A DNA stretch of 32,000 nucleotides, taken from the NCBI RefSeq assembly GCF_900232105.1, contig NZ_LT934425.1, forward strand, positions 420,001 through 452,000. The letters are read 5' to 3'. The notes below the pieces were generated by a model. The model did no database searches. It was given only the letters and a program-made list of their open reading frames with translations, and was not told the origin of the DNA. Numbering within the stretch: the stretch's first letter is position 1; each line of letters opens with the position of its first letter. Source of the stretch: Candidatus Kuenenia stuttgartensis (lineage in GTDB: Bacteria; Planctomycetota; Brocadiia; Brocadiales; Brocadiaceae). Positions 18,110-27,344 of this stretch are shown piece by piece. Both the position numbers and the translations under genes were made by a program.

Positions 18110-19798
18110 ATGCCAATCAGAAAAATCCGCCAAAAAATCAGAGACATTCACCGCCTGAACAAAATCATGAGGATTCTGGGCAAGCACGGGTTCGGTTTTG
18201 TTATTCAACGACTCCATCTGGAAAACTATGCCTTCGGCAAGAGCGTTATCAAAAACCGTTTTTTCAGATATTTTGCGGAAAAACAGGAACCCCGCTCCGT
18301 TCGTCTTAGAAAGGTGCTGGAAGAACTTGGCCCTACTTTTATAAAATTTGGACAAATCTTAAGTGTCAGACCTGATTTAATCCCCTTGGATCTTTGCGAA
18401 GAACTGAGCAAATTGCAGGACCGGGTGCCGCCATTTCCTTATGAAGACGTCAAAAAACAGATAAAGGACTCTTTTGGGAAATTACCCGAAGAGTTATTTT
18501 CTTCATTTGATCCCGTGCCGTTCGCTGCTGCATCTTTGGGACAGGCACATAAAGCGCGGCTTCACACCGGTGAAAATGTGGTAATAAAGGTACAAAGGCC
18601 AAACCTCAACAAAATAATTACCACAGATATGGATATCCTTAACACGTTTGCCCAGCTCGCAGACCGGTATATGCAAGATATAAGGATTCTCAACCCGATC
18701 ACCATTGTCGATGAATTTTCGAAGGTTATCACAAAAGAAATAGATTTTACCTACGAAGCGCACAATATGGATAAATTCCGGAAGAATTTTAAGGACAACA
18801 AAACCGTACATATCCCGAAAGTATATTGGGATTACACAAGGCCAATGGTGATGACTACTGAAGAAATACATGGGATACGGCTGAATGAGTATCTGCTTCA
18901 GCCGCACACTACTGAAGAAAAAAAAACCGTAGCGGTAAACGGGGCAAATGCAGTGCTTCAGCAAATATTCATAGACGGTTTCTTTCATGCAGACCCCCAT
19001 CCTGGCAATATTTTTGTTCTTCCCAATAATGTTTCCGCCTTTATCGATTTCGGGATTGTGGGCAGGCTTGATGAAGAGACGCGCGATGCTATCATTACGC
19101 TGCTCATTGCAGTATCTAAAAAAAATATACCCGGCATTATCAAGGCTTTAGAGCTGTTAGGGGCAATTGATGAAGAAAATCCTATCCGCGATCTAAAGAA
19201 TGATATCAGCGAATTTTTAGAACGATATTACGATATCCCGTTAAAACAAATAGAAGTCCCTGCAATGTTACACCAGACCCTCGATTTAATGACACGGCAC
19301 AAACTAAAAATCCCCCCCCAATTTCATCTTCTCTTTAAAACATTTGCCACCATAGACGGAGTTGCCAGACAATTAGACCCTGAATTCAATTCCATACTTC
19401 ATACAAAACCATTCGTAGAAAAACTTGTGCATGAACGCTATGATCCAAGGCGCATATTCAAAGATATAGAGATGTATTCCAATGAATTGTTCGACATTTT
19501 AAAGTATATTCCAAAAGACGCCTTTGAAATCTTAAGGAAGATTAAAAAGGGAACTTTAAAAATAGAATTTGAACATCAGGGCCTTTCAAAATTTATCTCC
19601 GAAATGGACAAATCAAGCAACCGGGTTTCATTCAGTCTCGTTATTTCCGCCCTTATTATAGGCTCTTCCCTCATTATCATGGCCAATAAAGGACCGTTGG
19701 TGTATGGTTTTCCGGCACTGGGTATATTGGGATTTGTATTTGCGGGTATCCTGGGAATGGGGTTGGCAGTAGGCATCCTGAAATCAGGCCGTTTGTAA
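18110..19798 (+). CDS. ubiB: UbiB/ABC1 (AarF) family atypical kinase
   Basis: LEELGPTFIKFGQILSVRPDLIP, FAAASLGQAHKA, FHADPHPGNIFVLPNNVSAFIDFGIVGRL, C-terminal TM pair. Confidence 0.94.
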   Translation: MPIRKIRQKIRDIHRLNKIMRILGKHGFGFVIQRLHLENYAFGKSVIKNRFFRYFAEKQEPRSVRLRKVLEELGPTFIKFGQILSVRPDLIPLDLCEELSKLQDRVPPFPYEDVKKQIKDSFGKLPEELFSSFDPVPFAAASLGQAHKARLHTGENVVIKVQRPNLNKIITTDMDILNTFAQLADRYMQDIRILNPITIVDEFSKVITKEIDFTYEAHNMDKFRKNFKDNKTVHIPKVYWDYTRPMVMTTEEIHGIRLNEYLLQPHTTEEKKTVAVNGANAVLQQIFIDGFFHADPHPGNIFVLPNNVSAFIDFGIVGRLDEETRDAIITLLIAVSKKNIPGIIKALELLGAIDEENPIRDLKNDISEFLERYYDIPLKQIEVPAMLHQTLDLMTRHKLKIPPQFHLLFKTFATIDGVARQLDPEFNSILHTKPFVEKLVHERYDPRRIFKDIEMYSNELFDILKYIPKDAFEILRKIKKGTLKIEFEHQGLSKFISEMDKSSNRVSFSLVISALIIGSSLIIMANKGPLVYGFPALGILGFVFAGILGMGLAVGILKSGRL

Positions 19799-19833
19799 AT
19801 ACTGTAGTATTTTTCAGAAGGATTTTTAGTGCC

Positions 19834-20721
19834 GTGGATGAACTTATTGATTCCTTTATAAACTATCTTCTTGTTGAATGTGGTTCAGCCATGAACACCA
19901 TTCATGGCTACCAAAGCGACCTGCAGCTTTTTATAAAATTCTTATTAAGCAAAAATATTCATGATTTCAACACTATCCGTCCGAATATCATAACAAGCTT
20001 CATTATTTCTGAAAAACAACGGGGACAATCGGTAAATTCTATTAACCGTGCAATTGTTTCCATCCGCATGTTTTATAAATTCCTTATCCTTGAAGGAAAA
20101 CTGCAAAAAAATCCCCTTGTATCCCTCGACAGTCCAAAACTATGGAAAAAATTACCTTATGTATTGCCGATACACAAAATCGAAGACCTCCTTTCCGCCG
20201 CAGACGTCAAAACAAAACTAGGCATCCGGAATAAAGCCATTCTCGAACTACTCTATGCTACCGGCGCAAGGGTATCCGAAGTAGCCACAATATCGCTGAA
20301 CGGAATAAACCTGGAATATGGATATATAAAATGCAAGGGCAAAGGTTCCAAGGAACGAATCGTACCTCTTGGGAAAAAAGCGTCCATCGCCATACAGGAA
20401 TATTTGACGACCGTAAGGCCGCAAATCAAAAACAGCCAGAACAGTCATTATTTATTCTTATCGAGGACGGGACGGCCATTACGGAGAGAAAACATCTGGC
20501 TTATTGTAAAAAATTGTGCATTAAAAGCGGGAATTACCGAAGCTATTTCTCCACATAAGTTAAGGCATTCATTTGCGACACATTTGCTGGAAAACGGGGC
20601 AGACTTACGGGCTGTCCAGGAAATGTTAGGCCATGTAAGCATCTCTACTACGCAAATATACACGCATGTTAACAAACAACATCTTAAAGCCATCCACCAA
20701 AAATTTCACCCGCGTGCTTAA
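19834..20721 (+). CDS. xerC: Xer-family tyrosine recombinase
   Basis: Catalytic residues visible in LYATGARVSE, KGKGSKER, SPHKLRHSFATHL, LGHVS and TTQIYTHV; 295 aa. Confidence 0.93.
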   Translation: MDELIDSFINYLLVECGSAMNTIHGYQSDLQLFIKFLLSKNIHDFNTIRPNIITSFIISEKQRGQSVNSINRAIVSIRMFYKFLILEGKLQKNPLVSLDSPKLWKKLPYVLPIHKIEDLLSAADVKTKLGIRNKAILELLYATGARVSEVATISLNGINLEYGYIKCKGKGSKERIVPLGKKASIAIQEYLTTVRPQIKNSQNSHYLFLSRTGRPLRRENIWLIVKNCALKAGITEAISPHKLRHSFATHLLENGADLRAVQEMLGHVSISTTQIYTHVNKQHLKAIHQKFHPRA

Positions 20722-20742
20722 ACAAATTCGTATATAAGAAGC

Positions 20743-20774
20743 GTAGGGTGGATTAAGCGACAAGCGAATCCATC
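20743..20774. repeat. GGTGGATT...AATCCATC hairpin after the Xer gene
   Basis: gtaGGGTGGATTaagcgacaagcgAATCCATC: ~8-bp stem including a G-T pairing. Confidence 0.5.
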
Positions 20775-20969
20775 AAAATAACGGCAGCGAAAACGAACAA
20801 ATACCAAAGACTTTACCAGCAACACGGTTGGTATTCCATTACGAAGGGGTGCATTCCTGATTTTTTATAACTTCCGCCATATTTTAATGATACGTTACAA
20901 TAGTGTTAACCCTGACAGGGTTGTTTCGTCCTGAACCCATTAACGGTTACAAAAAATCAGGGAAATATA

Positions 20970-21025
20970 GGGACACTTCCCTTATTTTTCCAACAAGATC
21001 AAGCAAGTAATATGGGAAGTGTCCC
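20970..21025. repeat. REP-like inverted repeat GGGACACTTCCC...GGGAAGTGTCCC
   Basis: 12-bp arms at about 20970..20981 and 21014..21025; one arm recurs at about 28459..28470. Confidence 0.75.
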
Positions 21026-21041
21026 CTAATTATCCCTTTAA

Positions 21042-21330
21042 CTCCGCCATTTATGGCGGAGATTCGCATGGTTAAACATTGGCTTTAGCCATGATTTTTG
21101 CAAAGAATTAGTTCACGATTCTTTGTTCTCCAAACTGCATGTATCCATATTTTGACGAATGACATATTCCATTCATTCAGGGCTAAAGCCCTTTTGTTTT
21201 GGGTTCCTTCTGTCCCCAGCCTAAAGGCTGGGGTTAGGTCATTGGATTCTTTCTGTCCACAGCCCCAAGATTGTGGTTGGTTCATCGGACACTCCCTACA
21301 TCCCAACCTCAGACTGAAGGCCGGAGGTTG
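21042..21330. repeat. Series of short palindromes with TTTA/TAAA loops
   Basis: CTCCGCCA-TTTA-TGGCGGAG (~21042), TGGC-TTTA-GCCA (~21080), AGGGC-TAAA-GCCCT (~21179), CCCCAGCC-TAAA-GGCTGGGG (~21214), CAACCTC-n13-GAGGTTG (~21304). Confidence 0.75.
21085..21165 (-). pseudogene. N-terminal remnant of a REP-associated tyrosine transposase (RAYT, Y1 family)
   Basis: MSFVKIWIHAVWRTKNRELILCKNHG then stop; FVKIWIH.VW.TKNRE is the usual start of IS200-like RAYT proteins, and no catalytic region follows. Confidence 0.7.
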
Positions 21331-21465
21331 TTTCCCTCGTCTCTCGCCCCTCGTGATGGGGGCATTCCTCATTTTTTGCAAAAAAACAATTAGTAGGGGC
21401 TAATAGTAACCCAAACTTCCCTATCTGCGTGCAACGCACAGGCAGGCAGCTTGAGTGTTAAATAG

Positions 21466-21484
21466 CACAAGCATCTTGCTTGTG
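21466..21484. repeat. Palindrome CACAAGCA-TCT-TGCTTGTG
   Basis: Perfect 8-bp arms with 3-nt centre. Confidence 0.7.
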
Positions 21485-21626
21485 ATACAATGTGTGAAAA
21501 TTTACAAAAGACAATTTGCCTGTCTGCGTATACCGTACTGGCAGGCCAACCTGAACCCGCAGGGAAAGCCTTCTTATGGGCGGCCCCACATTGCTTGTCC
21601 CGTGCGTGGTTGGCCTTTTTTAAATA

Positions 21627-21654
21627 TTGACAATGGAATTGCGTTGTCTATAAT
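21627..21654 (+). promoter_or_regulatory. Consensus sigma70-type promoter
   Basis: TTGACA (21627..21632), 16-bp spacer, TATAAT (21649..21654), upstream of the surface-protein gene. Confidence 0.7.
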
Positions 21655-21707
21655 GCACGCACTATTTTACCCTATAAACCTTTACATATTTAATAAGGGC
21701 AATACTT

Positions 21708-21809
21708 ATGAAAAAAAGGAGCCATATTTTTACCTTTTCGATAGTGCTTTCATTGCTATTTTGTTTTGCTTTTCCTTTTAATTCTATATTAAAAAAATGG
21801 AAATTATAA
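21708..21809 (+). CDS. Putative 33-aa hydrophobic small protein / leader ORF
   Basis: MKKRSHIFTFSIVLSLLFCFAFPFNSILKKWKL*, between the promoter at 21627 and the gene at 21828; not in the supplied ORF track. Confidence 0.35.
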   Translation: MKKRSHIFTFSIVLSLLFCFAFPFNSILKKWKL

Positions 21810-23070
21810 ATTTAGGAGACATTAAACATGAGAGATAAAAACAAAAGCTATTTAAGAGAGGGCATTATTACAGTAATTTTGCTTTCATTTATGTTTTTAG
21901 TAAACATTTTGCAGGTAAGAATAGCGTTGGGGATAGAAATAATAAGCGGAGGAACTGGTGCTCTAAGCCTTAGCAAGAGCGAAGCCTTTCTTAATGGTGA
22001 TACTATAATAATAACCTTAATTGATAGCGATCTAAATGTATCAAGCTCCGCAGATACTGGTACTGTGAAATTAATATCATCAGATACAGGGAGTAGTGGC
22101 ATAAATCTTACAATGACAGAGAACAACTCCAATTCAAGTACGTTCTTAGGAACATTTATTACAGCTTCCTCCACAAATCAGAACATTTCTCCTGTTCAAG
22201 TAAAAGCTATTGCCAACGGGACTATTGCGGTAGTGTATCAGGATGCAAGTCCTGCGGCTGACGTTACGGCAAATGTAAGCACCAAAAATTTTGGTGCTGT
22301 ACTTGATATTACGGCAGATCATGTAGCGATTGGCGGAAATGCCGTTGTATCCTTGTATGACCCGGAAACAAATGCCTCGATATCTTATGCAAATGTTGCC
22401 AATGTAAACGTTAAATCCACTACGGATTCAACGGGCACTACATTGAGGTTGACTGAAACGGGTAACGATACGGGGTCATTCCTTGGAACGATTGCCGTAA
22501 GTGCCAGCGATACATTGGTAAATACCCGTATTAAATCAGCGGTTGGCGATACTATAACGGTTTCATTTACCGACAATCCTGATGCGGATGGTGCTATTAG
22601 CATAGTTTCCGATACCGCAGAGGTTGTTGAGGCGGGAACGATTGATTCTAGCGCACCCTCTGGTTCGATAGCTATAAACGATGGCGATATATATACAAAA
22701 ACCACTTCTGTAACCCTGAATCTTTCTGCAACAGACAACACGGGAGTTACTGGCTATTATTTGTCAGCAAGCTCAACGACTCCGTCATCTTCTGATTCAA
22801 GTTGGATATCAGTATCATCGACCACCAGCTACAGCGCAAACGTCTCGTACACATTAAGCAACGGAGATGGTTCAAAGACGTTGTATGTGTGGTACAAAGA
22901 CGCCGCAGGGAATGTTTCAAGTACTGCCAGTGATTCCATCACTTTAGATACCACTGCCCCAACGGTATCAATAACCAGCCCAACACCCGATGCTACCTAT
23001 TCAACCACAAGCAGTACCATAAGCCTAGCGTGAGTTTATCACGAAATAAGGTGTAAGACAAAGACATCAA

Positions 23071-23110
23071 GTTGCAATCCAATGATTTGTATCGGGTTGC
23101 GACTTTTTTT
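23071..23110 (+). terminator. Terminator-like hairpin inside the left end of the IS
   Basis: GTTGCAATCC-aatgatttgtatc-GGGTTGCGAC then TTTTTTT; 10-bp stem allowing two G-U pairs. Confidence 0.6.
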
Positions 23111-23226
23111 GTCTAAAAAATTATGTATACACTGAATAATACTATATTTATATTGCATTATATGCCTGTATATACTATTATACACGGAGTATTAATCTAT
23201 TACGTATACACTAACAACTAATAGCC

Positions 23227-24963
23227 ATGGCTACCATTCAATCTAAAAACTCCAGAGGTTATAAATATTGGTATATTGTCGAATCGCGGCGCGTTAACGG
23301 CAAGCCCAGGCCCATCGTCCTGGCCTATCTTGGCAAGGCAGACGATTTATTAAAACAACTGCAAGGTCTTACCGAAAAATTACGGCTCAAATCTTATTCA
23401 CATGGCGCGGTAGCCGCATTGCTAAGTGTGGCCAATGCCCTGGACGTCCCTTCCGTGATTAATAAATATATAAAGTCGCCACGGCAGTATTGTGCTAAAA
23501 AACCTGTTCGAAATAATCTGACCGCCGGAAGTACCCTCTTGTTGGGTGCCGTGGGGAGAGTGTGTGTGCCTACCAGCAAAAGAGGATGGTGGGATTGGGC
23601 AAAGACGACTACTGCCGAATACTTACTCAGACACAGCTTGAGTAAAATAGACAGTCAGCATTTCTGGGATTTGATGGATGCACTTCCTGAAGAATCCATT
23701 GCAGAAATCGAGCGCGAATTAATTGAAAAGACATTTAAAACATACAACCTTCAAAGCGACACACTGTTTTTTGATACAACCAATTTTTTCACGTATATCG
23801 ACACAACTAATCTGCGATGCACTATTGCCCGGCGGGGGAAAAACAAACAAAAGCGATACGATCTCAGGCAGGTCGGGTTGGCGATGGTCGTTACACGTAA
23901 CGACATGATACCGTTGTTTCACCATACCTATCAGGGGAACATGGCGGATGCAAAGGTGTTCAGCGCGGTTCTTGAGACGATAAAAGACAGGATGACCGGA
24001 TTAGGTTTCGACAGCAAAAAGCACACTATTGTTTTTGATCGTGGAAACAATTCCATGGACAATATGGCTATTGTAGAGAGATTGGCATTGCATTACGTTG
24101 GAGCGCTTACACCGTATCATCACAAGCAGTTGGTAGGGGATGCCATGTGTAATTTCAGGGAATATGACGTTGACGGCAGTAAGATACAGGTGTACCATGA
24201 CAAACGGGTTATTTGGGGGCAGGAAAGAACCGTTGTCGTATTTATTTCCGAGAAATTAAAGGTTGGGCAATTAAGGGGAATGTCTCAGTCTCTGGAAAAG
24301 GCAGAACATCAGTTAAAGCTCTTACAGCAGCATCTGTGTAATCCAAAGGGAAAGATGCGGGACAAAGAGGGTCTGGAGGATACGATAAGAAGTGTAGTGA
24401 AATGTCAATTTGCGAAGGATGTTATCGATTGGTCGTTAAAAGAGGTATCTGAAGGCAAGTTTCAATTGAATTTTTCAATCGACCAGAAAAAGCTCGAAGA
24501 AATAGAAGGGGAACTGGGGTTCAGGATTCTTATGACAGACCATCACGATTGGGATACCGCGGACATTATAAAAGCCTACTATGGGCAATCAAAAATTGAA
24601 CATGCCTTTAGAAATCTCAAGAACCCCTATCACCTTGCTTTAAAACCGCAATTTCACTGGACGGATCAGAAAATCAGGGTGCATTTTTTTATTTGCGTCC
24701 TCGGATACCTAATGGCGGCGATTGTGTGGTATCAGGCAAAAGCGCACGCACAATTTAGTGGAACGTTAGATACCCTGTTAGACACCCTTAATAATATAAG
24801 GCTTTCTGCTATGCTTGAAGAAACAAAGGCCAGAGGGAGAGTTAAGGCTACCTACAAATTGGAAGAAATGTCCGACAAGGAATCTCTGTTGATGAATGCG
24901 TTAGGCATTATGGATTTCCACAAACATCGGCTGAAACTTCAAGGACTCAGTGTATACAATTGA
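23227..24963 (+). CDS. IS1634-like DDE transposase
   Basis: 578 aa: NSRGYKYWYIVESRRVNGKPRPIVLAYLGK, LFFDTTNFFTYI, IVFDRGNNSMDNM, YYGQSKIEHAFRNLKNPYHLALKPQFHWTDQKIRVHFFICVLGYLM. Confidence 0.92.
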   Translation: MATIQSKNSRGYKYWYIVESRRVNGKPRPIVLAYLGKADDLLKQLQGLTEKLRLKSYSHGAVAALLSVANALDVPSVINKYIKSPRQYCAKKPVRNNLTAGSTLLLGAVGRVCVPTSKRGWWDWAKTTTAEYLLRHSLSKIDSQHFWDLMDALPEESIAEIERELIEKTFKTYNLQSDTLFFDTTNFFTYIDTTNLRCTIARRGKNKQKRYDLRQVGLAMVVTRNDMIPLFHHTYQGNMADAKVFSAVLETIKDRMTGLGFDSKKHTIVFDRGNNSMDNMAIVERLALHYVGALTPYHHKQLVGDAMCNFREYDVDGSKIQVYHDKRVIWGQERTVVVFISEKLKVGQLRGMSQSLEKAEHQLKLLQQHLCNPKGKMRDKEGLEDTIRSVVKCQFAKDVIDWSLKEVSEGKFQLNFSIDQKKLEEIEGELGFRILMTDHHDWDTADIIKAYYGQSKIEHAFRNLKNPYHLALKPQFHWTDQKIRVHFFICVLGYLMAAIVWYQAKAHAQFSGTLDTLLDTLNNIRLSAMLEETKARGRVKATYKLEEMSDKESLLMNALGIMDFHKHRLKLQGLSVYN

Positions 24964-26576
24964 TGTTGTGCTTAACGCATTGACTGTATTTATGTTACGT
25001 TGCTTCATGCCTTATTTTGTGATAAACTCACGCTAGGCGGAAGCGCATCTGACAGCACCAGCGGGGTAAGCAGCGTTGTATGGTCAAATAGCTCTACAGG
25101 CAGCAGCGGAACTGCAAGCGGCACAACAAGCTGGTCTGTTTCAAATATAAATCTTTCTGAAGGGAGCAACTCCATAATGGTAACGGCAACTGATAATGCG
25201 GGAAATACGGCAACGGATTCAATTACTGTTACCTATTCCGAACCGCAACCCACTCCTTCGCCAATACCTATAATAAATCCTCCAACAGTGGAAACTGATT
25301 CGGCAACAAATGTTTCAACCGGCTCTGCCACATTAAACGGTACGGTAAACGCCAATAACTCATCTACTATCGTATGGTTTGAATACGGAACAACAAATGG
25401 TGTTTATTCCTTTTTGTCATCAACACAATCCGTTAACGGTACGGCTGATACGTCAATAAGCATTAGCATCAGCGGCCTGTCAGAAGGCACAATGTATTAT
25501 TATCGTATTGCAGGACAAAACAGCGCAGGTACCAGCTATGGAGATGAAAAGAATTTTACGACTGAATCGTCCTGCATTGATGATTTCGAACCTAATGATG
25601 ACTTCGACGTGGCATACGGACCCTTGGAGTCGGGGAAAAGTTATGAGGGGAAATTGTGCAGTTCTTCAGACAGGGATTATTTTAAGTTTGAGTTGAAAAA
25701 TCCAGATGTACAGTTGATGCTTACTGTGCCAACTGATAATGATTATGACCTTTACCTGTATGATTCCTCGAAAAGTGAAATAAGCAACTCCGCAAATCCT
25801 AAAGGCACGGAAACGATTTCACACAACGACCTCGAAGCCGGTATGTATTATATACAGGTATCAGGTTACAGTGGATCATATAATACGGAAGATGTATATG
25901 TCCTTGTTGGTACATGGACGGCTGCAACAAGCACGACACCTGTACCAACCCCCGCCGAATTAGGCACTATATTTGGAAGTGTGGTTGATACGGATGGAAA
26001 GCCTGTTGCAAATGCAACTGTATTTACTGATAAAGGTGGATATTCGGCAAAAAACGGTTCTAATGGCATCTATCAATTGAACGATGTTGCGGAAGGGAGC
26101 TATTTACTGACCGCACTGGCGGAAGGCTACGGGTCAGTATCGCAGACAGTAACAGTTAAGGCAGGAGAAACAACGCAAGCTGATTTTACACTATTACGTG
26201 CGATAACACCTCCAACGCCTGTTCCTTCGCTTTCACCTTCATTTAGCCCGGTACCATCAACAACACCCACGCCGAGTACCTTAACAGGCAAAATATTCGG
26301 GTATGTTATGGATGAAATAGATAACCCTGTCAAAAAAGCAAAAGTAAGATGTAAGGGGAAAAACACAAAAGTAAAAGCAAATGCGACTACAACCAAGCAG
26401 GGCTATTTTGAATTTAACAATCTTAGCGCAGATTCTTACAAAATTACCGCTAAGAAAAAGGGTTTTAATAAATCAAAATATAACGTGAATCTTGAAGAAG
26501 GAGAGGAAAAGGAAATTGAGATTGTGCTGGAAGAAAAGTGATTATTTTTAAGAACAATTTAACAGGAGAATGAGAA

Positions 26577-26981
26577 ATGTATAAGATATTTATTTGTTTA
26601 GCAGTACTTTTTGTTAGCACGACAACTCTTTTTGCCGATAGGGTTAAAATTAATGATAAAGGTATTGCAGATGTTGAGTTTGAACCGATTGAGATTGGAG
26701 CAGGTAGTTTTGACTCACAAATATTTATAATTGGTAACATAGAGTCTGAAATTAAAGGTGTTATGGGATTTGCAGATATTGGTGGTGGTTATGGTAGTTA
26801 TGAAAGACAATTACCTATTACATCTACGTATAATAACGCATCACATTATTTTACTGTATCTTTGGCATACTCAGAATCAGACAAAGCAGTTATATGCATC
26901 CGGGAATGCTGGAATAATTCAGAGGAGGATTATGAATTTCCAGAACTGTATTTTGAATTAAGGTGGATGATATTAAAATAG
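26577..26981 (+). CDS. Small secreted hypothetical protein
   Basis: 134 aa with signal peptide MYKIFICLAVLFVSTTTLFA; start preceded by AGGAG-like GGAGAATGAGAA. Confidence 0.65.
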   Translation: MYKIFICLAVLFVSTTTLFADRVKINDKGIADVEFEPIEIGAGSFDSQIFIIGNIESEIKGVMGFADIGGGYGSYERQLPITSTYNNASHYFTVSLAYSESDKAVICIRECWNNSEEDYEFPELYFELRWMILK

Positions 26982-27344
26982 AAAAGATTTGATATGGAAA
27001 AACGTGGTGGGTGACTATTACCCTTAAAACCAGCGGATAACAGTGAAAAATATTCCTATCTTTTAACGTTTTCGCGTTATAGCCTCTTAAACCCTGTCAA
27101 GATTACTATGAAAAAGTGTTAAAGAATGCCAAGCCAGACAGAACAGAGCAGCCAAAATAGAGAGGACTTGTTAAGGAGATTAAACAGAAATTCATAATAG
27201 AGGTAAATGGATTTACCTGAATATAATCAATTCCAACATATCCTTGTGATCAAAACTGTTAAACGTATAATCGTTTTAGGAAGAAACACATAAAATTGTC
27301 AATAGATTAGGTTTGACCCCATGACCTCCCTTAAATAAATATCC

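Larger units (their letters stand above)
23029..25032 (+). mobile_element. Complete IS1634-like insertion sequence, ~2004 bp
   Basis: Terminal IR CGTGAGTTTATCAC(G/A)AAATAAGG at both ends; 4-bp direct repeat CTAG at 23025..23028 and 25033..25036. Confidence 0.92.
21828..26541 (+). pseudogene. Large secreted/surface protein gene (Ig-like, fibronectin-like, PPC and carboxypeptidase-regulatory-like modules) interrupted by an IS
   Basis: Joining 21828..23028 to 25037..26541 gives an uninterrupted 901-aa frame reading ...SSTISL|GGSASDSTSGVSSVVWSNSS. Signal-anchor-like N-terminus. AGGAG ribosome-binding site before 21828. Confidence 0.88.

Noticed and set aside
17794-18147. 117-aa minus-strand ORF between the phasin-like gene and ubiB
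   Set aside because: It covers the 73-bp inverted-repeat element and overlaps the start of ubiB; no protein family recognised.
21085-21381. Listed 98-aa minus-strand ORF as a real protein
   Set aside because: Its N-terminal 72 residues are translated palindromic spacer (AGG..., CCCCAGCCTAAAGGCTGGGG). Only the last ~26 residues are RAYT-like.
19834-21545. Xer recombinase followed by many palindromes, resembling an integron with attC sites
   Set aside because: The recombinase is a normal 295-aa XerC/D type without the integron-integrase insertion region. The palindromes are mostly short and heterogeneous and do not flank a series of promoterless cassettes.
20700-21830. Possible CRISPR array because of many repeated-looking hairpins
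   Set aside because: No constant-length direct repeat separated by uniform spacers is present, and no cas genes are in the window.
25000-25036. Translation start at 25000 for the second half of the surface protein
   Set aside because: It is a TTG codon inside the IS right end; residues before LGGSASD are encoded by IS DNA.
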